A DNA stretch of 63,720 bases, the filler included, from Psammoneis japonica (lineage: Eukaryota): assembly GCA_008632985.1 (NCBI GenBank). It is 3 parts of 3 records of this genome, joined end to end, with 100 filler letters (N's around TTAATTAATTAA, not from the genome) between each part and the next. Parts side by side here need not be neighbours in the genome. Positions count along the whole stretch, not along the records: positions 22,321 to 44,110 come from QPGO01000440.1; 2 more parts are not named here. One strand, given 5' to 3'. The notes below the pieces were generated by a model. The model searched no databases, had not been told where the DNA came from, and saw only the letters and a list, made by a program, of their open reading frames with translations. Of the stretch, positions 22,619 through 36,869 are shown piece after piece (within the stretch, counting starts at the first letter, position 1; each line of letters begins with the position of its first letter). Made by a program: the position numbers and the translations under genes.

Positions 22619-25600
22619 ATGGCGGAGGTTGAAAGCAATCGCCCCGAAGAGGACGATGTCTACGCCAGGCGTATGTCGCGGCGAATATCTGAGTTGTCTC
22701 ATCGTCGATTTCCAACTGTTGCGGACTACGTCGACGTGCTGGGCGGCGAAAAGGGCACGGTTATCGAAAAAGTGCTTATAGCCAACAATGGTGTTGGCGC
22801 CGTCAAGGCAATCCGGTCCATTCGAAAATGGGCGTACGAGGTTTTTGGAAATGAACGCGCGGTAACTTTTGTTGTAATGGCCACACCAGAAGATTTGCGG
22901 TAAGTGCCCGCCAGGGAAAACAATAGGGTTGTAATAATTGAATTTTCTTTCACCGCTTTGCTTTTATAAAAATTCTGATTAACCAATAGGGCCAACGCAG
23001 AATACATTCGAATGGGTGATGTTATTGTTGATGTCCCTGGAGGCTCGAACAATCACAACTACGCCAACGTGACTCTCATTGTTGATATTGCGAGACTTCA
23101 CGGTGTCCACGCTGTATGGGCAGGTTGGGGTCACGCAAGCGAAAACCCTGCCTTACCCGACACCCTTTCACAGAGCAAGCCACCGATCAAATTCATCGGT
23201 CCTTCAGGACCGCCGATGCGAGCTCTTGGTGATAAAATTGGAAGCACCATCATTGCTCAATCCGCTGGTGTTCCTTGCATTGGCTGGAACGGTGCCGATG
23301 TGATTGCCAACTACGACAAGAGCGCCGGAACGTTACCAGACGAAGCGTATGACCGCGCTAGTATTTCAAACGCGACCGAAGCCTCTGCAGCCGCGGAGAA
23401 GATCGGATTTCCAGTCATGATCAAGGCTTCCGAAGGAGGTGGAGGGAAGGGAATCCGTATGGTCCACAGCGCTGAGCAGGTCCAAACGGCATACAGACAG
23501 GTCTGTGGCGAAGTACCTGGAAGTCCAATCTTCATCATGAAGTTGTCAACAAGATCAAGGCACCTTGAAGTTCAGCTCCTCGCAGATGAATACGGGACGC
23601 AGTAGCTCTCAATGGCCGCGATTGCTCTGTCCAGCGCCGGCATCAGAAAATCATCGAGGAAGGACCACCTGTTGCCGCGCCTCCAGAAGTATGGGACGAG
23701 ATGGAGAAGGCTGCAGTTTCTCTAGCTAAAGCGGTCGGCTACGCAAATGCTGGTACCGTTGAGTATTTGTACTCGGAACCTGATGAGAAATTCTACTTTC
23801 TGGAGTTGAATCCTAGGTTGCAGGTGGAGCATCCGGTGACCGAGATGATAACACGTGTGAATCTTCCAGCCGCTCAACTCCAAGTGGCTATGGGAATTCC
23901 TCTTCACAATATACCGGAGATTCGGGAGCTTTACGGAAGAAATCGTTTTGAGAACGACCCGTCGTCTCGAAGTACGAAAATCGATTTTGACTCTGAAAAG
24001 GCTGTCGGGACTGCCGGGCACTGCATTGCCGTTCGCATCACTGCTGAGAACGCAGAGGCCGGTTTCAAGCCAACGAGTGGAGGCCTACAAGAAATTAATT
24101 TCCGTTCAACTCCCAATGTTTGGGGCTACTTCAGTATGGACAGTTCCGGTTCCATTCACGAGTTCGCTGATTCCCAATTTGGTCACCTGTTCGCCAATGG
24201 CTCGGATCGCGAGCAGGCAAGACGAAATATGGTTCTTGCGTTGAAAGAGTTATCTATTCGAGGTGATATCAGTACCACGGTGGACTACATTTCTAAATTA
24301 ATTGAGTTGGATGATTTCGTGAACAATAACATTGACACGGGATGGTTGGACGCCCTGATCAAGACAAATGTCGACGGGATGGGCTCCGCCGATTTTGGCT
24401 TAGAGAGAAAGGAGAGTACAGACGAGATGGACAACCTTACATACGTTGTAATGGGAGCTACGATTATGGCTTTTGATGAATGCGATAGCGGTGAAAGTCG
24501 TTTCGTCGAACATCTGGAAAAGGGCCAGCTGCCTGCCCAGTCCTTACTGAACATGGTCCATGACGTTGAGCTCATTCTCTGCGGCGTGAAATATAAGCTT
24601 AAGTGCACTCGCAACGGGCCGAATACGTTCACTATAGCGGTTGCTGGAGATGAGAACGAATGTGTGACCACCCAAGTGAGAAAACTGAGTGATGGTGGAT
24701 ACCTGATCGACATTTGTGGGAAAAGCCGTGTTGGCTACGTGACGAGCAAAGGCGATGCGGCAACTGGAATGCGATTGAACGTTGGCGGTGCCAACATTGC
24801 GTTTTCACCTGATTACGATCCGTCGACACTGCGAACAGACGTGGCAGGGAAGCTAGTGAAGAAGCTTGTTCAAGACGGAGCAACGGTGAAGAAAGGCGAG
24901 CCGTACGGCGAAATCGAAGTCATGAAAATGTTTATGCCACTGAAAGTGGAAGAAGCAGGTGTGATATCTTGGTGTGTCAACGAGGGTGCTGCACTCTCTG
25001 CTGGCGACATGCTCGCCACACTGGAGCTTGCAAATCCAGAAAATGTCGCTCATGTGACGGTGTTTGAAGGCCAGTTGCTGGTGAATCAAATTCAAGACAA
25101 GGGTGAAAGTAGAGTCACCAGTGCCAGCAGACCCCATATTGTCTTTCGTAGTGCTGTCCAGAAATTAATAGGAGGCATGGCTGGGTATGTACTGAGTGAA
25201 GAGGACGTCGAGTTGTGCATGTCTGACGTGGAAGCTGCATCTATGAACCCCATGCTTCCTGTTCTTGAAATCGATGAGCAGCTCTCTGTACTTAGCGGAA
25301 GAATCCCCCAAGATTTGTTTGACGAACTCGCGGGGATGATAAGTGACTTCAAAAGCAGCGTCCAGCCTAGGTGAGACAGTGACCGCTTTTCATGCTGATC
25401 ATGTTGGTTATTCGAAAATGCTAACGATTCTTCGTTATTTTGCTAGATCTTCTAGATTCCCGGCAGAGAAAGTGGTGGAGCTGCTCTCTCAGCAAGCAGA
25501 ATCCATACAGGAACCTTCAGAACGGTCCATGTTCCTTTCTCTTACTGAACCGTTGCTTTCAGCAGCTTCTCCATACGCGAAAAGTCATGCCGCGGGTTCG

Positions 25601-28600
25601 CCGGGATCCGAGCGGGCACTAATCAGTTTCCTTGCGATCCTACGAGACTGGATTGCCACCGAGAGATGGTTTTGTGACGGGAAGTCTTACGCAGACGCAG
25701 TGGACAACCTAAGGAAAGCGAACAAAGAAGATTTCCAGAATGTCCTGAATATTTGCCGTTCTCATGCGCAGTTGAAGTCGACGGCTTCCATAGTGAACAG
25801 AATCATCGGACTGATAGGAGAAGGTTCGAGGGTGGGAACGTTGACGAGCACGACGTCGCACATCGGCAAGAGAGCGTCAATGCTAACAGGAGCTGAAAGC
25901 CTGGCGACCGCCGTTCCGTGTCTGTCGGAAATTGGTGCGATGGGAAATAGCGACGAGTACGCCGATGTAGCTTTGAAAGCAAGGAAGCTCGTGCTGATGG
26001 AAAGCATGCCGGCAATGGAAGATCGAAAAGGAAAAGTTTGGGATGCTGCGGTTAAGCTTGCCGCTGCTCATCCGTCGGAGGGGGCGAAAATTGCGACTGA
26101 ATTTCTGGCGGAGCATTTACCATTGTTTGATACGCTATTTCCCCTCCTCGAAACGCACCCCAACAAGCCTGATGAGATGTCGCTTCTTCAGTTGTATATT
26201 CGGGACCTATACCGAATGTACACAATGAACAATGTTTCCCCAGATTCGGAGAATCGATTGCTAAGCTTTTCATTCTCTAGTAAACCCACCGAAAGCGCCG
26301 TTTTCACGAGGAAGTCTCTGACGAGTTTTACAGAACTCGCGAGTCTTGTGAGCAGTTCGTCGCTGCGGAACATGTCTATGTCTTCTGATACAAGTTTTGA
26401 CACAAGTGTTGACCAAGCTTCCCAGAATGCGCCACGGACAGGCGTCTGCTGCATCGTTGACCGATTAGATGATCTGCAGGATGTGACGAAGTTGAAACGA
26501 TTTTGTCAAGGTTTCCTCAGTTTGTGAGTGACTCGCCGAAATGCCATTCTGGCCCGTCGAATGTTCTTTATTTTGTTGTCGTTGACGATAATGTTGAGCA
26601 TGAATCGATGGACGACATGGGGAAGCGCTGCGAAGCAATTATTTCTCCTCTCAGAAGCCAACTCGCTCAAGCTGATATCCGTCGTGTTAGTTTCACTTTC
26701 AACCGAAATGACAGTGAAGAATTTCCCCTACCTGCCATTTTCACATTCGGAAGTCACCGTAATTTCGCGGAAGATTTCCTTTTCCGCCACATCGAGCCAT
26801 GCCACGCTTTTCACCTCGACTTGGCTCGGGTTGCCGCTAACTTTAGCATACAGACGCTTGGATGCAGGCATACAACGACATGCCAGGTTCATATGTATAA
26901 GGCTACACCTAAGTCGTCAGCATTGTCGAAAGATGCAAAGGCTAACAAGGCTCCACGGGTATTTGTAAGGGCAGTGAGTATCGGACTTGACTTTTACTCT
27001 GCTGGATTTGAAAGAATCCTTGTGGATTCCCTTAACGCATTGGATCTTTCTGAGACGAAAAGTAAATCAGATAATCATCTGTTCATCAATTTCGTGAGCG
27101 ACGTTGAAAAGGTTATTCTTGACCCAGTGGTAGTTGAACAGGTTGTGGCTGATATTCTCAAGCGTCACGCTGAGAGAGTTTCGAGCTTGGGTATTGTTGA
27201 GGTTGAAACTCGCGTTGTTTGCTGCTTGAGTGAGGGGGCGGCACCGATCGCGCTACGTCTCGTTGCTAGTAACCCTACGGGGTATGTACAGGTGATGAAC
27301 ACCTATGTTGAAGCCACTGGTGACGAAAGCACAGAGGTCGTCTTCCAACCAATTGGAGGAACCAAAGCGAGTTTGGCTGGTACCGGCGACAGTTCATGGG
27401 AAAACATGGCTGTCTCCACACCCTACCCGTTGACCAGACCATTCGATGCCCAAAGGAAGGCTGCCCTGAGGGCGTCAGATACGCTATACTGCTATGACTT
27501 ACCGGCTTTGTTTGAAGCGGCTGTAGAGCAGCAGTGGAACGAACATCGTTCAGGTGCACGCCCATTGATGGTTATGTACACTTCTGAGCTGGTGGTTCAG
27601 AAGAAGTCGTCAAACGACACCGCCGGGAACTGGACGATGAAGGACTATCTGAACGGCGACTTAGAGCTGGTACAGATGAGTCGCGGTGCTGGTGCCAACG
27701 ATGTCGGGATGGTGGCATGGCTTATGGTCCTAAAAACAGTGGAGTATCCCGATGTGAGTATCGTGTCGGCGTGGCCTTTTCAATTGTGATCTACCTTTCT
27801 GCTTCGCGTGACTCATACGTTGGCTTTCCATGGTGGATATCCTTTCTTGTCCTTGACAGGGTCGCCAAGTGGTTCTGATTGCCAATGACATTACCCACAA
27901 GGCCGGTAGCTTCGGGACGAGAGAAGACGTAGTTTTCAAATTGGCGTCAGAATTCGCCAGAGAGAAGCGAATTCCTCGCCTTTTCGTGGCTGCCAACTCA
28001 GGTGCACGAATTGGATTGGCTGAGGGAGTCAAGCAAGCGTACAAGGTTGCGTTTAAGGATTCCTCGAAGCCGGAGAACGGCTTCGATTACTTGTATGTGG
28101 CTGAAGATGACTACAAGAAGTTTTCAGAAGGAAAGGAGCTGAAGGCAGAGTTGGTTTCACTTGATGGACAAAATGTTTACAAGATCACTGATATCATTGG
28201 GTCTGAGGCAGATCTCGGTGTAGAGAACCTTAAAGGTTCTGGTCTAATCGCCGGAGAAACGAGTGCTGCGTACGAGGATGTATTTACAATGACAATTGTC
28301 CTCGGAAGGTGAGTCCCCTGCCCACCGTAGTGTCGGTGGTGCTTGTTCTCGATTTATCTCATTTTTCTCTCTGTTTGCGCAGAACTGTTGGTATTGGCGC
28401 TTACCTCGTCAGACTCGGTCAAAGAACAATTCAGAAGACTACCGGGTCGCCCATCATCCTCACGGGATACCAAGCACTGAACAAATTGATGGGTGTTGAC
28501 GTGTATCTGACAAACGATCAGCTCGGAGGACCGGGCATAATGTATCCAAACGGCATTTCTCATATGGTCGTTCCTGATCATCTTCTAGCTGTGAATGCTG

Positions 28601-29970
28601 CCGTGGATTGGCTGTCATACGTCCCGTCCGTCAGAGGCGGCCTCCTTCCCATTGTCATATCGCAGGAGATGACGAGGTTGAACGCCTTATTGATTTCTCT
28701 CCATCTCCCGGCGTCCCGTACGATCCCCGGGTGCTGCTTCAAGGGCGGGAGGACGATAACGGTGTCTGGCAAAGTGGATTCTTTGATAAAGGAAGTTTCA
28801 CTGAAGCACTTGCTGGATGGGCAAAGACTGTTGTTGTTGGTAGAGCCAGACTTGGCGGAATCCCAATGGGTGTAGTCATCACGGAGAACCGTTCCGCTGA
28901 GGCAATTAAACCGGCTGACCCGGCAGATGTCAAGGCATCCGAAGCCGTCATCCAGGAGGCTGGTTGCGTTTGGTTTCCCAACAGCGCGTACAAGACTGCG
29001 CAGGCCATCAATGACTTCAGGACAGAGGATCTTCCCCTCATTGTCTTTGCAAATTGGCGCGGGTTTCAGTGGTGGGCAGAGAGACATGTTCGACGAGGTT
29101 CTGAAGTATGGGTCTTTGATTGTCGATGCTTTTGTTGCCTACGAGCAGCCTGTGTTTGTATTCATCCCTCCTTTTGCGGAGATCCGTGGTGGGGCATGGG
29201 TGGTTCTCGACGCTTCTATCAATGCTTCCGTGATGGAGATGTACGCAACTGCCGGAAGCGCTCGGGGAGGCGTCCTTGAAGCGAACGGTGCCGCTAGCGT
29301 GAAGTACAGAAAGAAGGACTTGATCAAATCAATGCACCGACTGGACAATGAGTTGAAGTCTCTTGACTCGAAGCTATCGATAGCGTCGACCGAGCAGGAG
29401 AAGGACGATTTGGAGAAGTGCATCGAGGCAAGGGAGCGAGCGCTGCTTCCAGTGTACGAACAGATCTCCGTTCAGTTCTGTGAACTCCACGACACCCCAG
29501 GTAGAATGAAAGCGGTTGGAGTAATCGAAAAAGAAGTTGAATGGAAACAGGCACGATCCTTCTTCTACTGGCGTCTACGCAGAAAGCTCGCGGAGTTTGA
29601 TCTTAGGAAGAAGATAATCGAAGCCTCACAAGTTGGCCGCGGCCTGAAGTCACCCACTCCGTTGGAAGCGAGCGCTATTGTCAAGGATTGGTTCTTGCAA
29701 ACTCCGGGAATGACGATAGACCTGTGGCAGAATGATAGCGTCATGCTGTCCTGGATGGCAGAAAACAACCAAGTCCTAGAAGCCAAGGTCGCTGATTACA
29801 CCAAACAGTGTGCCGCCCAAGAAGTTTTTCAGGTGTTAACGCAAGGCGGTAACACCGCACGTATTGGTGCCCAAGGGATTGTAGAAGGCTTGTCTCGTGC
29901 TTGCCAACACCTCGGACCCGAGGAAAGCCAAGCTTTGAAACGAATGCTAAAGGACGCTTTACAACTATAG
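22619..29970 (+). CDS. ACC: Multidomain (homomeric) acetyl-CoA carboxylase, probably the cytosolic isoform
   Basis: BC domain ([35 protein letters not shown]), biotin site EVMKM, CT domains ([37 protein letters not shown]). GT-AG introns at ~22900-22989, 25371-25446, 27754-27859, 28309-28382. 1-bp indels near 23597, 26495, 28656, 29062. No bipartite plastid targeting peptide visible. Confidence 0.96.
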
Positions 29971-30016
29971 TTATAAGCTAATCCGTGTATTTGCATAAAT
30001 CATGAGTTTGCGTCAT

Positions 30017-33000
30017 CTACGGCTGTAAATCGTTCCAGAGTTGATCTAGTTCAGACCAACGCGAGTTCTCGACGAGTTCACGGATCCTTGCTTGGAGTTG
30101 AAGAGCGTTGGATGGCGTCACCTTCATACTCGTGGTAGCATTGTTCAACATTTCATCCTCGAATTTTGAACTGATGACCGCTGCGTTCTCCAGAACTTCG
30201 TCAGGTAGAGCCGCAAGCCGCGCCACGTTGATTCCAAAGCTTTTTGGGCACGCGCCTTGGCCTAGGGTATAAAGGAAGGTGATGTTCTTGTTGCCGCTTC
30301 CGTCTTCATTCTCTTCTTCATTGGTTCCATGTGTCGAGTCTTCCACATCATCACTGGAGACGGTGCCCTCGACGATGCATTCCATGTGACCAAGTCTCAC
30401 ATTCGGAGCGTTCTTCCAATCGTTCAGCAAGGAGTGGTAATGGGTGGCAAACAACGTCAAACAGCGATTCTGTTCGACCAGATGTTTCACTGTGGCACTT
30501 GCGATGGCAGTCCCATCAAACGTTGCTGTACCTCGGCCCAGTTCTAAATACAGGAGTTTTCAAGACGAAACTGTAAGCAATCTCTACGTTACTACAAAAC
30601 ACGATCCAGCCCAAAACAACCTCCTTACCGTCCATAATGACGAGACTGCGTCGTGTTGCACCACGCAACGCCGCAGCAGTTTCTGCGAGTTCCACGAAGA
30701 ACGTAGATTGGCCGAGAAGAATCCGGTCTGTCGCGCCAAGGCGAGTGAAGACTCGATCAATCGGCGTGAGGGCACATTCCTCCGCAGGGACGTAGCATCC
30801 GACCTGAGCAAGAATAGCAATGAGACAAGTCTGTCTAAGAAGAGTGCTTTTTCCACCCTATTTGACGAGGCACAAGTAACGGGTGAGAGACAGGGTGAAC
30901 CGCATTACTAGGGAAACAAACAACGGCAAGCGTACCATGTTTGGTCCACTGAGAAGCAAAACTCTTTCTTGACCTTCAGCATCATCACTTGAGCCAAGGG
31001 AAAGATCGTTTGGAATGAACTCGCCCCCATTGTGCGTATTGTCTACACATGGGTGACGACCTTGGATGACGCGGATGCATGGCTTACCGTCCAGAGGGCA
31101 ATCCAGAATCTGCGGACGCGTGTAGCCGGGGCGGGTGGCCATTTGTGCAAGCGAGCCCAATGCATCGAGCATAGCTGTCGCATGGGCCGCTGCAGCCCAT
31201 AGGTTGCGCATGGAATCGAATTTGGCAAACACGAGTTGCATGCCTTTTTCCTTGCCAACCTTTTGCACGTCTAGCGCATACTCGAGTTCCTCGACAAGCT
31301 ATTAACGGTAGTGACAAGAAACAAACGTTAGACGCAAGAAAGCATCATTACTGGCCAGAGCTGCTCAATCTTGATTCATACCTGTGCAACCACCGGGGTT
31401 CGGTATTTATTCACTTGCTTATCCCCTTTTCCTCTATCGTAAAATAGAAAGAGGCGAGGAGAGAATTACGAATCAGGAAGTGATGCCTCAAAGGTGAGCC
31501 GGATAATTAGAAGAGCAATGTCGGCGACTTTGGTACTCACCGCTTTCCCTTTACATGAAAGTCGTCTGGAACCCGCACTCTTGCGGGAAGTTCAATAAGG
31601 TACTTATCCTTGCTCTCCTCCTTGGTGTTGACGTACTTCCACTGCGACCTTGCCATACTACTTGGACTCAATACCTGGCTGCACATTTCATCCTTGTAGT
31701 CCGCCAGTTGTCGCTTGATCTTTTCAACCGCGTCACACGCATCGTCGTAGCTCTCGTCGGTTCCCCTGCTGGGCTCAAAGGAACCCCGAGCAGCCTGTTC
31801 GCAATCGAAATTGTTAAAGAACCAATCGAGGTCTTCCACCATGTCAGGAAAGCAGCCTCCGTCATTGGTGGTCTGTACAATCTTTTGAAGCATGCCGCTC
31901 TGAATCTCCACGCCTTGAAACAACTCCGGAATCTGCGTGGCATGACGTAATCCCTGTAGAAGTTTGGAAAAGTCTCCCACCTTACGCTTGGTGTGAGTGA
32001 CCGTCTCGTACAATACAGCTCGTTCATTTGGGTGGTAGTTCGCGGTGCCGTCGTCCTGGTTGCCGGCCGTGCCACCCATGCTGTGGACACGGCTCAAAAG
32101 ACGTTCAATATCACCACACTTGCCAAGGACATTGCGCGCCTCCGACATGGCCATGGCTGCCGCACCCGACACCAACTCTTGGACAGCGTCGGCTCGTCGA
32201 TCAATGTCAGCCTTGCGAAACAAGGGGCGGAGCAACCAAGCACGCAAGAGACGAGAACCATGAGGACTCTTGGCGTGATTAATCTTGGACCACAAACTAC
32301 CAGCTCCGGTATGAGAGTGGGCGTTGTAGAGTATCTCTAGATTCTGCAAGGTCGTTCCGTCCAAAGCCAAGTGGTTAATTAGACTTTCATCCGTTGCACC
32401 CGGTGCACCCACAGTCTCCAACTCCATGCTACTTGGTTCAGAGTTCTGTGCTGCTCCAGGAGACGCCGCGCCGTCTTCGAGTCCGTCTTCCATTCGCTGC
32501 TGCTCCCGTACAGCATGCATGAGAGGAGTGGAACCACCCTGGCTAGACGGCGCTTGAGTTGGAGGCATGTATGCCTTGACTTGTCCCATACCCAAAATAT
32601 CTTGATCAATCAGATTGCGTTGAAGGTAAAAGAGCGCCGCACCAAAGCTGGACAAGGCCAACTCCGCATTTCCCTCGACCGCCATGCGCAACACACTGGG
32701 CCATCGACTGGTATCTTTTTCGCCAGTTGCCTTGCGAGACGCACGGGGATAGTACCCGCAACGATGAATCTCATCCAGGGCTTCTTGGACATCCCAGGGG
32801 CGTACGGTGGGACTGGGTCGTTCCATTTTGCGGCGAACGCCAACGTCAATGGCGGTCGATTTGGGAAAGGTCTCCTTGGTATGGATGCGTTCAACGCGAG
32901 CCATGCCGCGGGCCGACTTGAGAAGAGACAGCAAAGTGGGAGAAGCTCCCTCCTCGCCGCCCTCTACCAAAATCTAAATTAGAATGCGCAAAGAGAACAA

Positions 33001-34696
33001 TACGGTTAAGCCAAGGCAACCGGAACGGATAGAATAATCTCAATCAGCATTGTATCCAAAAACATACCTCGGATGGTGAAGCGCTGGTCAAGAGCGTATT
33101 CATACGGCTCCGCAAGACATCATCGGCAAACTGACCAATCGTGACGGTCGCTCGGACAGCATCCACCAGAGTGATTCCGTACTCACAAACGGGTTGAACT
33201 TCATCCGTGTCTTCTTCTTGATGCATAGTATTGCTCTCCATCAAGACTTCACGAATCACCAAGAGCGGTCCGTGACTATTGGTACAACTATCCATGGATG
33301 ACGACGACAATCCATTGACATCATCCAAATAACAAAACGTCCGCGTTCCAGACGTGAGAATGGAACACACTTCCCGATTCACCACCTTGGCGGCAGGCGC
33401 CGACTTGGGTCGGTTCTTGTTTCGTTCTTTGAGTTGTTGTGGCGTTTCCGTTTGTTCAACACGCGCCACCTTGTATCCCGCTTGGACGAGCCGTTCGGCA
33501 AATTGACCGTAGGATACTTCGGGAAAGCCCGCATGTGCCACGTGTCCCTTCATGTAGATAAAGTCCAAGACTTGGACTCCCACGTCGGCGTCCATGTGGA
33601 ACATTTCGTAAAACTTGCCCGTTTTGAACAAGAGGACCGTGTCCATGTATCGTGCTTTCAATTCCCACCATTGACGTGCGGCGGGACTGAGGGCCTTGCC
33701 TTTTCCCGCCTGTAAGCTATCGAGCTCGCGATAATCCACCTTGAGGGACTTGCCGTCGTACAAAGGATCATTTGGAGAGCGGCCGTGGGCGTCTTTGGGA
33801 TTTTGGAGAAACTTGAGGTGATTGTGTACGTGAGAACCGGCGGGGTTCACGGCGCCTGGTGTGTACGGCAGAGGATTGTGTGGTGATTTTGCGCCTGCCT
33901 TCTGTTGAATCGTAGAGGGTGGTGTGGGTGCGGGTGGACGCCTTGTCGCAGAATAGGCCGGAGTCACCTTGTTGCTTTCTGCAGAACTGTTCTTGACGGC
34001 ACTACTAGTTGCAGAAGCCGTACTGGAATTGGTGACAGCTGTAAGGACACGAGGCGTTTCAAAGGACGACTTTTGCTTCTTGTACGGTGGTGTCTTGCTG
34101 CTCAAAGAGGAATGCTGTGTGACCTTCAAGGCTGGCTGCTTCTTCTGCTTCTTGTAAGGATTCTTCTTTTGCACAACCTCGTCTTCATCATCGGTCACCA
34201 TCCACTGAGCTTCCTCCTCTTCCTCCTCCTCTTCATCTTGATGATTATCTTCATACGCAGACTCTTCTGACTCCTCGTTCAAGTCAAATTCTTGTTCTTC
34301 ACCGTCGCTCTCTTCTTCGTCTTCTTGAATACGACGCTTCTTCTTTTTCTGAGAAGAATCATCCTTTATGATTCGAAAGGTTTCTTGAGATAAATCCAAG
34401 CTTTCCATTTCACCATCGTCATAAAAGAGCGTAAAGTGTGATTCTCCACTTTTCTTGGGAATTCTCTGTACCGTGGCGTCGTAGTATTCATCATCGTTGG
34501 GCCAATACACGGAAATTTTAGATCCAACACGGAGTGTTTGCCATGGCTCCTTTTTCAGAGGGGATGCAGCAGCAGCTGGCTTGCTGTTGTTTGCTTCTGT
34601 ACTCTTTGGAGTAGCAGTGGCCGGATTTCTTGAAAAGAAACTAAAGAGAGTCATTTGACCCGGCTTGGCGGCGGCTGCGGCCTTTTTGCTGCTCAT
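30017..34696 (-). CDS. MSH6: DNA mismatch repair protein MSH6 (MutS family)
   Basis: N-terminal PIP box QMTLFSFF, Tudor-like [16 protein letters not shown], mismatch-binding [14 protein letters not shown], ATPase LLLSGPNM(GGKS), [21 protein letters not shown]. About five GT-AG introns inferred. Confidence 0.95.
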
Positions 34697-35163
34697 GGTG
34701 GATAACAACAACCACTAACAAATAATGACACTGCTGTTGTTGTTGTTGCAACGAAAGAGTGTGGTGCGGCCGCCCGAGATAAAAGATGCTTTTGGCGCGC
34801 CCAACCGAAGTGCTACGTAAGTTTCTACTGAGACTGATGTATGTAGAAATCGTATTACATCCAACGTCATGCAGACAATCAGAACACGAGAGTCAGTCAC
34901 AGGACAGAATTCCGAATTCCATCTCTCTCAAAGCTCGTGAGAACTCGCGGCTCGCTGCGCAAATTGTAGCACCGCCGACACACGGACGACGATGACAGAG
35001 AAATCCTTGCCGGCCGTTGCCGCACTTTCTAATGGTAACTAGAAGTACAACAAGCTTACGGCTCTTGCTGATTTGATAATCTCCATAAGTTACCGCTACC
35101 AAGCCCCTACAAGCGATTGATAACAAGGAAGGAACGAGAACGCAGTATTCGTTCAATGCAACC

Positions 35164-36234
35164 ATGACGACTCCTGCAACAACTTCACCTTCTCCAGAAC
35201 GCAAGCCTCGCAGCAGCAAGAACAGCAACAACACTCCGCGTAACAGCAAGCAGCCGTCGACGGCTCCACAGCTCGATACTAGCAGCAGTGACGCCTTGTC
35301 TCAAACCATTGCGTCTCAGGCGTCCGCAGCCTTGATGCATCCCCAAGTCACATTGACCGTGTACATTCCCNNNNNNNNNNNNNNNNNNNNNNNNNNNNNN
35401 NNNNNNNNNNNNNNNNNNNNNNNNNNNNNNNNNNNNNNNNNNNNNNNNNNNNNNNNNNNNNNNNNNNNNNNNNNNNNNNNNNNNNNNNNNNNNNNNNNNN
35501 NNNNNNNNNNNNNNNNNNNNNNNNNNNNNNNNTTGGATTGGTCCTGCAAGGAATGGACTCCCGTGGTGATTCGAGCCGATCCCAATGCGGCCCTTCACGC
35601 CGCCTATCAATTGCAAAAGTTGACCGAAGACAACATTGATGATGTTGTCTTGGATTTGCCCATTTCTCGGACCCGCCATGCGGCGCTCGTGGGGAAGCGG
35701 GGAGTCATTTTGCAAAGTCTATCGGCCGATACAAATGTGCGAATCATGGTGCCGCGCAAAGACAAGCGTCATGATGTTGTACAATTGGAAGGCGAATTGC
35801 GCAAGGTTCAAATTTGTCTTGCTCGTGTTCTCGTCTTGGCGGCCGAAAGCGGTAGTCACAACAAAAAGAGCAGCAAGGCTCAAGTCGCACCTGCTGCTGC
35901 GGCTGCGGCCATACAACAACAAGACTATGCGCTTTCGGAAAACATTACAGTGGCCACCTTGCCACCACAAACCAAGCTTCGTCAGATTGGACGCAAGACC
36001 GATACGGCCACGAAACGCAAAAAGGAAAATGACGAGTGGATTTTAACCGTCATGGGCAATTCGGACGATGATATTCAAGCCGCGATTGTCCTAATTAATA
36101 AGTTCTTAGAGGCGGAGCGTCCTAGGAGGTCGAGGAAACCGACGCGAGGACGAAACAACAAGGGAAGAGGAAGTGGTGGCGGCGGTTCCAACAACAGCAA
36201 CACGGCAGCACCGGCAGAACCTTCGTCGTCGTAA
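35164..36234 (+). CDS. KH-domain RNA-binding protein (spans an N gap)
   Basis: LDLPISRTRHAALVGKRGVILQSLSADTNVRIMVP is a KH GxxG loop; RG/G-rich tail; divergent from MSH6. Confidence 0.75.
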   Translation: MTTPATTSPSPERKPRSSKNSNNTPRNSKQPSTAPQLDTSSSDALSQTIASQASAALMHPQVTLTVYIPXXXXXXXXXXXXXXXXXXXXXXXXXXXXXXXXXXXXXXXXXXXXXXXXXXXXXXLDWSCKEWTPVVIRADPNAALHAAYQLQKLTEDNIDDVVLDLPISRTRHAALVGKRGVILQSLSADTNVRIMVPRKDKRHDVVQLEGELRKVQICLARVLVLAAESGSHNKKSSKAQVAPAAAAAAIQQQDYALSENITVATLPPQTKLRQIGRKTDTATKRKKENDEWILTVMGNSDDDIQAAIVLINKFLEAERPRRSRKPTRGRNNKGRGSGGGGSNNSNTAAPAEPSSS

Positions 36235-36869
36235 TACTTGAAGGGATCAAATCTTAAGAATGCTGAAAGCTGATCAAAACAAAAAGGATGGTATTGTATC
36301 CATCTTGTTTTATGGGGACGAGTTGAATAAAATTTAGTATGTTATCTAATCTTGATCAAGCTAGATTGATCTGTCGAGGATGTCGTCATTGATTTGGCGA
36401 TCTCTAAGGCTGCTTTCCGTAGTCTAGCTGCTCTACTCTACTAGTAGCTCGAGACCCCTGACGCCCTTGGGCGTTGCCTTGGGTGGTCTCCGCCACTGGA
36501 ATAACCATCGAGAATCATCGGCATCGAGGGTTTCTCAGGTTATGAGGGTAAAGCCGCATATGGAAACATTCATGCTCTTATAATACATGAATTATTGACT
36601 TTATTGTGACTTGTATAAACGAAACAGACCGGTTGTGTTTGCCTCACAAAATCGACTCTCAAAAAGCCAAACGCGCAAGATTGGAAGATAAGAAAGAGGT
36701 AACAGCCATCACATGACTTTCAGCCGGAAAAGATTTCTGTCGGATCAACCGTTGCTGACGTTGGTGCTCTCATTGTATCTTAATCGCGGAATGTGTGTCG
36801 GTGCTTCTCTAGTCCAGCAGCTGTCGGGCTAAACAACCACACTGCCATAACACGAAAAATCGGAGCGTC

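Noticed and set aside
22619..29970. Frameshifts in ACC as pseudogenisation or programmed frameshifting
   Set aside because: Motifs are otherwise intact and composition is normal; similar 1-bp indels, often at short homopolymers, occur in several genes, indicating sequencing/consensus error.
30017..34696. MSH6 proximity as the cause of the hypermutation
   Set aside because: The gene looks intact, lies on a different contig piece from the main mutated domains, and an MMR defect would not give a TpA-specific, domain-bounded pattern.
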